A stretch of DNA of 64,000 nt, taken from positions 24,492,001 through 24,556,000 of the forward strand of contig CM059432.1 in NCBI GenBank assembly GCA_030390025.1. Direction: 5' to 3'. Below the pieces are notes generated by a model. The model was not told the origin of the DNA. It ran no database searches and saw nothing but the letters and a program-made list of their open reading frames with translations. This DNA comes from Squalus acanthias (lineage: Eukaryota). This document shows positions 1 to 11,519 of the stretch, piece after piece (the stretch's first letter is position 1; each line of letters begins with the position of its first letter). The translations under genes were made by a program, and so were the position numbers.

Positions 1-289
1 GCATATGCACCACACTTGTTTGACAGATGATTTGACAGTGTTTGATGGCAGCTGCAGCTGAGATTGCAGAATGCCATCTGTCACTTCTCCCGATGAGATG
101 AGGCTACACAAACATTTCACAGCTTGTCACCTGCAGAAACATCTAACCACATTAAAAATTACTTTCACAACATATCCTTACCTCTGATACTAACCAGTGT
201 CCCATTGCATCCTTCACACCACTTCTGCAGCTGTCATCCAAACACCAACATAACACAGGCCCACAGCACGCCTCACTTACCCTGGTGGG

Positions 290-562
290 GTTCCCCGACG
301 TTGGGAAGCCCGCAGCAGCAGTCAAAAAATTGGAAAAAGCCTCTTAACTGCCTGTTAACTACCTGCTAACAGGCAGTTAAGTGGCTATAATCCTCTTCCC
401 GCCGCTAGGAGTCGGGTCCCTGCGCAAATCGGGGACCCGACTTCTGGGAAGATTGGTTGGAGGCGGGTTGGGAGCGGGTTTGGGAACCGCTCCCATTTTT
501 TGGGACTTTCTCAGCAGTCCCGCCTCCAAACCCACCTCCTCAGGGCTGGTAAAATCCAGCCC
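290..562. mobile_element. Right end of a PIF/Harbinger-type MITE or non-autonomous DNA transposon
   Basis: Ends in aaaatccagccc (551-562), the same TIR as the MITE at 49272-50029; GC-rich subterminal region; left end not located. Confidence 0.5.
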
Positions 563-782
563 TATCTCTCTTACTATCTAGACAGTATTAGAGTCCCATG
601 TTGGGGCTGGTCTAATCCCTTTGATTGTGGGCAAAGTTCCATAGTACAAAACTGCCCAGAATTTGGTACTAATTGGCAGTAATGCACTCTTACACAAAGC
701 AGCTAGAAGAATATTCAAAGTAGAAATGTCATACTGGTACAGTAGGATAACCTCCTGTGCTGTGCAGAGGAAGTTAATATGT

Positions 783-1825
783 CATAGGAATATAAGAACA
801 TTAAGAACAGAAGTAAGCCATTCAGCCCCTCGAGCCTGCTCTGCCATTCAATTATATCATTGGCTGATCTGCACCTCAACTCCGTTTTTCCACCTTTGCT
901 CCATATCCCTTGATACCCTACTAACAAAAATCTACATATCTCAGTCTTGAAAGCTCCAATTGTCCCAGCATCCATAGCCTTTTGGGGGTGAGAGTTCCAG
1001 ATTTCTACTGCCTTTTGTGTGAACAAGTGCTTCCTGAGTTTGCTCCTGAATGGCCAAGCTCTAATTTTAAGATTATGGGGGAAAAAATTTGGTATCGACC
1101 ATTTTGGGTCGCTAACATCGCCTGGGCGTTAACTTTAGCGCCCGGCGCTAATTAGCGCCGGCGACCACGAAATTGAGTTTTAGCGCCCCTAAGAGGGAAG
1201 TGGAGTACTAAATCAAGCAGTCCACTTCATTCCTGGAGCGCAACAGGCAGCAGGCGGAAGTTGTGCAGCGCTGCAGCATTAGAAGGCTCCTTCCCACCCT
1301 TAAAGGGAAGGGCCACCGCTGCAGGCTCTGCAAGGAAAAAACTTACCTGCTCCCCAATGGCAGCTGCGATCCGGCCCAATCAGCCCGATGCACTGCAGCA
1401 GAGTGCCGGGCTGATCGATGGCTGGCGACGAAAAAAAAAGCACAAAGAGAATTTCAGAATTTTTTTTACCCTATCTCGGCCACCTCGCCTTTAAGTATCA
1501 CCCCTGAAGCGCCCGACCTCCCGATCAACGCCTCCTGCAGCTGGCGTTGTCATTGCCCGGCGCGGAAATGAACTTCGGGTCCGTGGCGCTACCTGATGAT
1601 GTCACGATCTCCGGGCGCAGGAGATCGTGGCACTAGGGGTTACCGCCGCTGCAAACCGCCAGGTGAATTTCACGGGCAGCAGTTAAAATCGCCGTGCCCG
1701 GGCAGTCAGTCCTTAGTGCCCCATTATCGCCCCCTGGAGGCGCTAATGGGAGGCTCTAAGGCACTGAATTTCTAGCCCTAATAGTCTCCTTGTCCTTCAT
1801 TCCCCCACCAGAGGAAATAATTTCA
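783..1825 (-). mobile_element. CR1 LINE 3' fragment split by a MITE
   Basis: Minus ORF FTQKAVEIWNSHPQKAMDAGTIGAFKTEICRFL is the CR1 ORF2 C-terminus; (TTCTTATG)-like tail near 783-810; homology resumes after 1781. Confidence 0.8.
1077..1778. mobile_element. GC-rich MITE, probably PIF/Harbinger superfamily
   Basis: Imperfect TIRs (gggggaaaaaattt / aatttctagccc); interrupts a CR1 fragment; non-coding. Confidence 0.6.
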
Positions 1826-1997
1826 ATAAAACATTTTGTTAATGTCTTATTAAGGAAGTGCAGCTTTACGCTATCTAACTGATGACTTTGCCTGGAAGTG
1901 TTTTACAGATAGGAAATGGGGAAACAGATGGTTTGGGGTTGGGAAAAATAAGAACATTAGAAAATCCAGAGTCAACGTCTGACTATTCTATCAAGAG

Positions 1998-2068
1998 TGA
2001 GAAGTCGCACAACACCAGGTTATAGTCCAACAGCTTTATTTGAAATCACAAGCTTTCGGAGCGCTGCT
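1998..2068 (-). mobile_element. Penelope-like pLTR 3' fragment
   Basis: Nearly identical to 20464-20530 (tgagaagtcgcacaacaccaggttatagtccaacag...aagctttcggagc). Confidence 0.8.
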
Positions 2069-2959
2069 TACAAGGACTTCCTTCTGATACCAGCTGATTC
2101 CTTATTTTAGGGAACACTAATTTCCTTTCCTGACCTCCCCTGAAAAAAAGATGAAAATGGTCAGATTCTCTTCTCTGCATATATTCCTATATAACACATT
2201 CTCAAAAGCACATCAGGTAGGTAAGGGTAAATTCACGAATACTGCATTCCCAATGGAGAGCAAGTCCACACTGGTTGTGCAGGATCAGTGAATTATAGAA
2301 ATAATTTCTGAGCCTTTTCTCTGAGAAAGTCTGCAGTTAACATTAATTGTCACTATCCATCTTTAATTGGTGTTAATATAATGCCTTACACCAGCAGTAA
2401 TTGTATGATCAGGGACAACAATTTCTGGAGATCTGAGGCTCACACACTTTGTGAAGACTGCGCACCAGTGCTTTACTCCCCGGGCTATGTGGTAGGATTA
2501 TTTGCAATACAAACCCAGTCACTATTGGTAATTAAGTGGGGGAAGCCTACGACATTGCTGCCTTCATGCACCATGCATGTGATACACTAACCTCGCCCAT
2601 ATAAAATAGGCATTAGAGCTCTTGCTTGTTGGGAATCCAAAGCTAACAGCAGCAGTGTCAATCAGTCTTTGCTGGCTGACAGTTTACAACTATTGGGGTT
2701 GCTTTCAGAGTTCCCCTGTCACTCATTTAAATGAAGGAAAATGACCAGGAGCCGAGAAGGACTGTTAGGAATGTCAGATGCCACCAGAGGCTTTCGGCCT
2801 GCACCTGTCAATATGCCATCCATGAGCTGTGAGAACAATGCAGAGTGAGGAGGTCATTTGCTTCAGGAGTTGTGACCAAGGAAGTTTGGACCAGAGGGAG
2901 TTAAACCAAAACACTTTTCAGGGATTGCACAGCAACAACTGCATGATAGGGCTACCTAA

Positions 2960-3400
2960 TCGCACCAGACTGCTGGCTTTCTGACAGTAGAGGAAAGATC
3001 GATGACACCCACATGGCCATCCAGGGCCCTAGGCACAATGCAATGGCCTACATCAATAGAAACTCTATCAATGTGCAGCTGCTCTGTGATAACCAGCTCT
3101 GTGTCATGCAGGGCAATGCCAGTCCCCTGGGCAGCAAGCATATGTTCTCATTTTGCAACAACCTGTACCAGGTTTATTTCAAGGAGAAGGGAGACTGAAA
3201 GAATAGCTCCTTGAAGATCAGCCTTGCTAATGACTCCCTTGCGGCATCCAGGTTCATTACCGAGTATATAATTGGTATCTTGAAGCGGCGCTTTGGATGT
3301 CTGAACAGATCAGGGTGTATGCATTTCACTGCAGCCCTAGGTCTCCCAAGACTATTGTCATCTGCTGCATGCTATTCCAAGAGCCCTAACCATAGAGGAG
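2960..3400 (+). pseudogene. Decayed PIF/Harbinger transposase (HARBI1-like DDE nuclease)
   Basis: Translates to IDDTHMAIQGP..AYINRNSINVQLLCD and TEYIIGILKRRFGCLNRSG, matching the Harbinger IDCTH/SLNVQ/IGxLKxRFRCLDRSG motifs; frameshifted and deleted. Confidence 0.75.
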
Positions 3401-3825
3401 AAAACCAACCCAGAATCAAGGCTAATTCAGGGAGCAAACACTGATGAAATTTATGTAACTGCAGAAATGCCAGTGTAGCCAGTCAGACTGCTACACCAAG
3501 TGCTCGTCCAAAGTTCATTCAGTGCCTCAACTGCCCTTTTAAGGAACCCTCCTGACAATGTGTAACCAAAAAGTGTGTCTCAGCACCTTCTCAACACTGT
3601 TCTCTGCTCCTTAGCAGCAACCATCAATGGCCATTGATTGCTGTTGTAAGACATTCTGATGGTCTGACAGTTTATAGAGTTCAGGTCCGTGGAACAGACA
3701 ACACAAAACCCAATGAATCTGTGAAACTTCTTTTACTTAAAAATCAACAAGAGGTTACAAGTAATTACCAGAATATAAACTGTTCTCAATTCATGTACTT
3801 ATTACAAGCAAGCATCTAAAATCTA

Positions 3826-4125
3826 TTTCAGAATAAGGGGTCACCCATTTAAGATGGAGATGAGGAGGAATTTTTTCTCTCAGAGGGTCATGAATCTTTG
3901 GAATTCGCTACCCCAGAGAGCTGTGGTGGCGGAGTCATTGAATATATTCAAGGCAGAGATAGACAGACATTTGAACTACAAGGGAGTCAAGGGTTATAGA
4001 GAGAGCGGGGAAGTGGTGTTGAGGCCAAGATTGGATCAGTCATGATCTTATTGAATGGCGGAGCAGGCTCGAGGGGCCGATTGGCCTACTCCTGCTACTG
4101 TTTCTTATGTTCTTATGGTCTTATC
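3826..4125 (+). mobile_element. CR1 LINE 3' fragment
   Basis: EMRRNFFSQRVMNLWNSLPQ; 3' UTR hairpin ggagcagg..cctgct followed by ttcttatg repeats. Confidence 0.9.
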
Positions 4126-5345
4126 ATTTACTTTAAGCTTAGGTGATTATAAGCAAAACCACATACGTACTAAGACCAGATGAGAAGTCAATTCAACAAT
4201 GACTAGACATATGACTTTAACTGGCAACTGACCAGGTTGTCATCGACTGCAGCCACGAATGTCAGTCCACAATATCCCTTATACCCCAAAACTTGGCAAA
4301 TCGCCCACAGCATTCGTGTCCCAAACTGTGTGACTAACATTGTTTTTCTCTCTCTCCTTCTGTCTGTTTTGATGCTCAGTTAACCAAGGCTAGACATTCA
4401 AGGATTGGAGAGAGTCATTGGTTTTACATTTGCAGGTTGTTGACTCGTGGTTCTCACAGAATTTTCAAGATCTTATCTTTTGAAGGAAAAATACCAGCAT
4501 ATCATGTTTTAGCCAAGCAGTCTCTTGCCCTCAAAGCTTGTTGGTACATTTGGTCACTTTTAGCTTCAGTCAAGTTTACCACTGTCTTGTCACCTTTTGC
4601 TGTACAAATAGAAACACACCATCTGGGCAAGGCAGTGGGAGAGGATGGGGAGTGCAGGGGGTGGAAGGGAAAGTAGAGGAGGAAGGAAGAGGGGAGGGGT
4701 GAGGGCAGGAGTGCTGAGGAAGAGGAAGTCAGAATGTAGTGGGTAGGAGCATTGAGGCATGAAACAGCCATCAGGAGAGGAGACATATAACCAATGTACT
4801 GTGGATGGGACTGCAGTCAGGTGGCGGTTGCAGTAAAAGGTAAATTAAAACGGGCAACAGCAGCCAGTGGGGATGGAATGGGAAATACAGCCAGCTTTGG
4901 CGGTGGAGAAATTGCGTCAAAATCTTGCTAATCAGGAGTCTGAAATCTTATTCATCAGGAGGGGGAAGGGTTGAGTGTGGGAGGAGCATTTCCTGTTTGC
5001 TCGCTTCACGGCCATCACATTTTAACCCACTCTGCCCAGCAGGAAACTGATGGGATTAGTTTGGTCACCTGTTTTATACGCTATACTTTTACTTTCTATT
5101 GAGTTTAACGGAATGTTATAATGGGCAGGGTGTAAAATGGGCAGCCAATCTGATTCCATCACTTTCCCTCTGGGTGGGTTAGGTTAAAATTACCCCCACT
5201 GTTTTTAGTATATTATCTATGTATAAATGCTCTAAACTAGGGAATAGGAGATAGAATGTCAAAAATTTGCTGACATGAGGCAGATATAAGCGCAATGAGC
5301 TGTTCTGTAACTTTACTATAGCTTCCTCAGGCCAGCCATCTTCTA

Positions 5346-7400
5346 GTCATAGAGTCATAGAGTTATACAGCACAGAAAGAGGCCCTTCGGCCCATCGTGT
5401 CTGCACCGACCATCAAGCCCTGTCTATTCTAATCCCATTTTCCAGCACTTGGTCCGTAGCCTTGTATGCTATGGCGTTTCAAGTGCTCATCTAAATGCTT
5501 TTTGAATGTTGTGAGGGTTCCTGCCTCTACCACCCTTTCAGACAGTGAGTTCCAGATTCCAACCACCCTCTGGGTGAAAAAGTTTTTCCTCAAATCCCCT
5601 CTAAACCTCCTGCCCCTTACCTTTAAACTATGCCCCCTGGTTATTGACCCATCTACGAAGGGGAAAAGTTCCTTTCTATCTACCCTATCTATGCCCCTCA
5701 TAATTTTGTACACCTCAATCAGGTCTCCCCTCAGCCTTCTCTGCTCTAAGGAACCCCAGCCTGTCCAGTCTCTCTTCATAGCTGAAGCGCTCCAGCCCAG
5801 GTAACATCCTGGTGAATCTCCTCTGCACCCTCTCCAATGCAATCACATCCTTCCTATAGTGTGGCGACCAGAACTGCACACAGTATTCCAGCTGTGGCCT
5901 AACTAGCGTTTTGTACAGCTCCATCAGAACCTCCCTGCTCTTATATTCTATGCCTCGGCTAATGAAGGCAAGTATCCCATATGCCTTTTTAACCACCTTA
6001 TCTACCTGTCCTGCTGCCTTCAGGGATCTATGTACATGCATACCAAGGTCCCTCTGATCCTCTGTCCTTCCTAGGGTCCTACCATTCATTGTGTATTCCC
6101 TTGCCTTGTTAGTCCTCCCAAAATGCAACACCTCACACTTTTCAGGGTTAAATTCCATTTGCCACTGTTTTGCCCATCTAACCAACCCATCTATATCGTC
6201 CTGTAGCCTGAGGCTTCTCTCCTCGCTATTTACCACTCCACCAATTTTTGTGTCATCTGCGAACTTACTGATCATACCTCCTACATTCATATCTAAATCA
6301 TTAGTATACACTACAAACAGCAAAGGAACCAGCACCGATCCCTGTGGTACACCACTGGACACAGGCTTCCAGTCACAAAAATAACCTTCGAACATCACCC
6401 CCTGCCTCCTGCCACTAAGCCAATTTTGGATCCAATGTGCCAAATTGCCCTGGATCCCATGGGCTCTTACCTTCTTGACCAGTCTCCCATGTGGGACTTT
6501 GTCAAAAGCCTTACTGAAGTCTATGTAGACTACATCAACTGCACTACCCTCATCCACACACCTAGTCACCCCCTCAAAAAATTCAATCAAATTGGTCAGA
6601 CATGATCTCCCCCTGACAAAGCCATGCTGACTATCCCTGATTAATCCTTGCCTCTCCAAGTGGAGACTAATTCTGTCCCTCAGAATTTTTTCCAATACTT
6701 TCCCTACCACTGATGTTAGGCTCACTGGCCTGTAATTCCCTGGTTTATCCCTACTACCCTTCTTGAACAATGGTACTGCGTTAACTGTTCTCCACTCCTC
6801 TGGCACCTCCCCTGTGGCCAGAGAGGTTCTGAAAATTTGTGTCAGAGCCCCTACAATCTCCTCCCTTGCCTCACACAGCAGCCTGGGATACATCCCGTCA
6901 GGACCTGGGGATTTATCCACTTTTAAGCCCGCTAAAACCGCTAGTATCTCCTCCCTCTCAATACTAATTTGTTCAAGTATATCACAATCCCCCTGCCTGA
7001 TTTCTATGCCTACATCGTCCTTCTCCATAGTGAACACAGATGCAAAATTTTCATTTAAAACCTCACCTACATCTTCCGGCTCTACACACAGATTGTCACT
7101 TTGGTTCATAATGGGCCCTACTCTTTCCCTGGTTATCCTCTTGCCCTTAATATACTTATAAAACACCTTGGGATTTTCCTTTATTTTGCCCGCCAGTGTT
7201 TTTTCATGTCCCCTCTTCGCTCTCCTAATTTCTTTTTTAAGTACCCCCCTGCACTTTCTATACTCCTCTGAGGCTTCCACTGTTTTCAGTCCTTTGTATC
7301 TGCCAAAAGCCTCCCTTTTTTTCCTAATCCATTCTTGTATATCCCTTGACATCCAGGGTTCCCTGGGTTAGTTGGTCCCACCCTTGACCTTTATAGGAAC
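5346..7400 (-). mobile_element. 5'-truncated CR1 LINE (RT domain; frameshift near C-terminus)
   Basis: 545-aa ORF 5715-7352 with [21 protein letters not shown] and KFADDTK motifs; (CTATGACT)n tail; same subfamily as 42270-44310. Confidence 0.95.
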
Positions 7401-7409
7401 ATGATCTTT

Positions 7410-7590
7410 CTGATCTGCATTCACATCTTCTGGGTTGTGTTCGGCAGTAGCGAATGAGTCTTTTCGAGACGAGTGCCCTTCTATCCCATACAGAACGGCC
7501 CTCTGTTCCCACACTTTCGGCTTCAGCAGCTCCAGTGTTGAATCATCAAAGGAGGCTGTTCAAGGGCGACAAGCCTCCACTTCCATCCAA
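7410..7590 (-). pseudogene. Harbinger Myb/SANT-like DNA-binding gene remnant
   Basis: Minus translation ASFDDSTLELLKPKVWEQRAVLYG resembles the N-terminus of the Myb/SANT relics at 28680 and 62821. Confidence 0.45.
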
Positions 7591-8155
7591 CTTTACAGCA
7601 CTAACTCCCGACTGGACCCAAAAGTACAGCTGTTCAAATGACTGTCGCTCAGCTGCTTAATAAGTGTAGGCAGGAGCTCGCACAACTTAAACAGCAGAAG
7701 TCTCTCTTGTAAGCACCTCTTGTGCCGTTTTGCTAGGGTTCCCGCAGCTCTACCACTAAAATTACGGCAAGCAAGCAGGAGAACTCTGGTGGAAATTCAC
7801 CCCAGGTGAGCACATTCCTCAAATCCATCAATGATGCACCAATAACCCTGATGAGTGCATCTACAGCAATGCCACGGTCTTGTGACTCTGCCAGCTCCTA
7901 TATTTGCACCAATACCATGCTTGTACTGGCCACTAAGTTGTACATGAAAGTGGCCCAGGGTGACCCACCCTCCAGTGTTCCTCTCTCCAATCCAGGAGTG
8001 ACATTCCTCCATTTGGTACCTATCCCTGATACCATGGCCAGGGTCAGGAGGTTAGCGTTTACCACATGGCAAATTGCAGCATATATCTAACCATTTTGTT
8101 GAACCCAATATTTTTAAATTGGTTTAATAACAGTCTCTATCTTATTTTTCTTCAG

Positions 8156-8212
8156 AAATTCCAGCTGTGTTAAGAACTGACGGATGCTCTACAGAGACAG
8201 AAACAATTATTG
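8156..8212 (+). other. Candidate 57-nt host exon (phase 1-1), xIPAVLRTDGCSTETETII
   Basis: Strong acceptor tcttatttttcttcag, donor G|gtaatt, only one open frame, lies in non-repeat DNA. Confidence 0.3.
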
Positions 8213-9271
8213 GTAATTACACATTTTGTCAAGGATAAGGCTCTTTTCAAAAACCCTTTCATTATATAGCAGCGAATTATTAGATTTATTTCTTTCAAAC
8301 AACATCTGTGTTCTCTGAACAGTTAAATCTGTCATTGCTTCCTGCTGATTACCAGGTGAATTTGTTGGTTCCAGGATGCCACCAGTAAACAGAAGCGTTC
8401 TGTACTCTATGTGAGAATGCGTCTCTGTATAAATAGCACCATTATTTATGAGGAACCACATGTCAGCTTAAATTCTATTGCTTCATTGCAAGATAGCCAA
8501 GCTGATTAAATTCGAAATACACAGCTCTGCATGCTTTTCCTCCCTGCATCGTTACTGTGTTGAAATCAAGACTCAATGCAAGATGTCTTACTCTAATTAT
8601 CTTCTTTCCCAGAATCTCAAAACTTATTGGAGCTGATTTTTGTCCCACTACCGGAAGCAAGCTGAAAATTTCAAGAAAATGAAAAGTGGCGACTTACCGC
8701 TGAATCTCCGCCCATTCCAGTTTTCAGGCGGGCCTTTGTTAGGAACGCTAACAGGAAAGGTTTTATGAAAGAATCCATTTTATGTTCAGTTAATTACTAC
8801 TATGAGAGGAAACCAGCTCGAAGCTGTGTTCTCTGTGCCAAGAATTATTGCCCGAATTAACTCCCCTCGTCTGGCAGGAAACCAGGATGGGTGGGGGGGT
8901 GGGGGGAGGCGGTGGGGGGCGGTTTAGTTAAAATGGTCTGGGGAACTTATCCACTCCTTTCCCACCCCAAGCTGTCCCAAGCCGGTGGGGTCCTCTTTAA
9001 GTATGCAGATCGGGCTCTCATGATGTCATTGGAGCCCGATCTGCTATTTTAACCGGAGACCCGAGCAGGGGAGCACTGGTGGCTTTGAGCCCTCCCATTA
9101 AGGTGCTGCTGCAGGCCCACATCAGTCTATGCCAATTGGATTTCTCACCCTCCCAAATGGTGAGCTGCCTATAAGAAGCAAAATAAGAGCTGACAGCTCC
9201 CCTGTTCTATTAAATGAGTCGGGACCACGAAAACTGACTGGGCCTCCTGCCCTAAAATCCCACTTAGCTCA

Positions 9272-10205
9272 TTCAGAGCTACAAAAACAGTGGGAGCCCA
9301 AGAGAGAGCGAGAGTTCGGAGTTACAAAAAACAGTGGGAGCCCAGGAGAGAGCGAGAGTTCGGAGCTACTAAAACAGCGGGAGCCCAGGAGAGAGCGAGA
9401 GTTCGGAGTTACAAAAACAGCGGGAGCCCAGGAGAGAGCGAGAGTTCGGAGTTACAAAAACAGCGAGAGCCCAGGAGAGAGCGAGAGTTCGGAGCTACTA
9501 AAACAGCAAGAGCCCAGGAGAGCGAGAGTTCGGAGCTACTAAAACAGCGGGAGCCCAGGAGAGAGCGAGAGTTCGGAGCTACTAAAACAGCGGGAGCCCA
9601 GGAGAGAGCGAGAGTTCGGAGCTACTAAAACAGCGGGAGCCCAGGAGAGAGCGAGAGTTCGGAGCTACTAAAACAGCGGGAGCCCAGGAGAGAGCGAGAG
9701 TTCGGAGCTACAAAAACAGCGGGAGCCCAGGAGAGAGCGAGAGTTCGGAGCTACTAAAACAGAGGGAGCCCAGGAGAGCGAGAGTTCGGAGCTACTAAAA
9801 CAGCGGGAGCCCAGGAGAGAGCGAGAGTTCGGAGCTACTAAAACAGCGGGAGCCCAGGAGAGAGCGAGAGTTCGGAGCTACTAAAACAGCGGGAGCCCAG
9901 GAGAGAGCGAGAGTTCGGAGCTACTAAAACAGCAAGAGCCCAGGAGAGAGCGAGAGTTCGGAGCTACTAAAACAGCGGGAGCCCAGGAGAGAGCGAGAGT
10001 TTGGAGCTACATAAACAGCGGGAGCCCAGGAGAGAGCGAGAGTTTGGAGCTACTAAAACAGCGGGAGCCCAGGAGAGAGCGAGAGTTCGGAGCTACTAAA
10101 ACAGCGGGAGCCCAGGAGAGAGCGAGAGTTCGGAGCTACTAAAACAGCGGGAGCCCAGGAGAGAGCGAGAGTTCGGAGATACTAAAACAGCGGGAGCCCA
10201 GGAGA
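9272..10205 (+). repeat. 43-bp tandem repeat, ~22 copies (aaaacagcgggagcccaggagagagcgagagttcggagctact)
   Basis: Period measured from 9541 to 9584; a few 41-bp variants; no spacers. Confidence 0.97.
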
Positions 10206-10245
10206 ACGGGCACAACAGACCGATGAGTGTAAAGAAATCAAAGTG

Positions 10246-10285
10246 TGATGTCACCAGAAAGCAGGTAAGTGATTGGTTGGTGAGT
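10246..10285 (+). promoter_or_regulatory. CR1 5' UTR cassette: CRE-like TGATGTCA, GTAAGT donor, ATTGG (reverse CCAAT), GTGAGT donor
   Basis: Same ordered motifs at 16831-16870 (+) and 53275-53316 (-); rearranged version at 48712-48765 (-). Confidence 0.55.
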
Positions 10286-10396
10286 ATTTCTATATTTCTC
10301 GCTTTTTTCCAAACTTGGGCGTATAAATTTAAGTGCCTTGGTGTAGATTAAAAGATATACGTCTTCCAAATTTTAAAACTAAATGAATTAATTGAG

Positions 10397-11341
10397 ATGG
10401 GAGACCAGGCAATGTGTTGTTGTTGTTGCATGTGGGAGCTGGTGGACACCATTGAGGTCCAAGGCGACCAAATCTGCAGCAAATGTTGGCTGCTCGAGGA
10501 ACTTCGGCTCAGAGTTGATGAGCTGGAGTCCGAGATTCAGACACTGTGACACATTAGGGAGGGGGAGCGTTACCTGGACGCTAAGTTCCAGGAGGCAGTC
10601 ACACCCACTAGAGTAATTACTTCCGATGTGGCCCATGGTCAGGGACAGGATGGTGTGACTACAAGCGAGGCAGATATTGGGATCCAGGAGGTAGTGATGG
10701 AGGAGCCTCAGCCCTTGGCCTTGTCAAACAGGTACGAGATTCTTGCTCCCTGTATGGACGAGGGCAGGGACTGCAGGGAGGATGAGCAATCTGACCACAG
10801 CACCGTGGTACAGGGAGCCATTCAAGTGGGGGGAGTAAAAAGAAATGTTGTAGTGATAGGGGATAGTATAGTTAGGGGGATAGACACTGTTCTCTGCAGC
10901 CGAGAGCGTGAGTCCCGAAGGCTGTGTTGCCTGCCCGGTGCCAGGGTTAAGGACATCTCCTCTGGGCTGGAGAGAAACTTGGAGTGGGAGGGGAAGGATC
11001 CAGTTGTCATGGTCCAATGACATAGGTAGGACAAAGAAGAGGTTCTGCTGAGAGAGTATGAGCAGCTAGGGGCTAAATTAAAAAGCAGAACCTCAAAGGT
11101 AATAATCTCTGGATTACTACCTGAGCCACGAGCGAATTTGCATTGGGTAAATAAGATCACAGAAATGAACGAGTGGCTCAAAGACTGGTGTGGGAGAAAT
11201 GGGTTTCGATTTGTGGGGCACTGGCACCAGTACTGGGATAAGAGGGAGCTGTTCTGTTTGGACGGGCTTCACATGAACCATGCTGGGGCTAGAGTCCTGG
11301 CGAATCGAATAACTAGGGCAGTAGAGAGGGCTTTAAACTAA
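10397..11341 (+). pseudogene. CR1 ORF1 (Zn-finger/leucine zipper + SGNH esterase), disrupted
   Basis: CxxC..CxxC motifs, LRLRVDELE zipper, VVVIGDSIVRG and DGLHMN esterase motifs; stops and frameshift. Confidence 0.9.
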
Positions 11342-11519
11342 ATAGTGGTGGGGAGGATCCAGGTGAGCGGGAATTAAAAAAGTCAATGAGAAATGAGAAA
11401 GCAATAGAGCAGGATAGAGATGGGAGAAATAATAACCAGAGTGTGACAGGAAGGGACAGAATGTTTAAAAATAAGAGTGCAACAGAAAATGGAGCCAAAA
11501 CAAGGAGAATGGTAAAAAG

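Noticed and set aside
5466..7371. Plus-strand ORFs opposite CR1 RT (likewise 42390-44693, 45671-48583 and others)
   Set aside because: Antisense shadows of LINE ORF2; recur in every copy
9129..9628. ORFs of 137 and 112 aa
   Set aside because: Translation of the 43-bp repeat; period not a multiple of 3
9272..10205. CRISPR array (also 16331-16795)
   Set aside because: Head-to-tail units with no unique spacers, no cas genes, eukaryotic TE context
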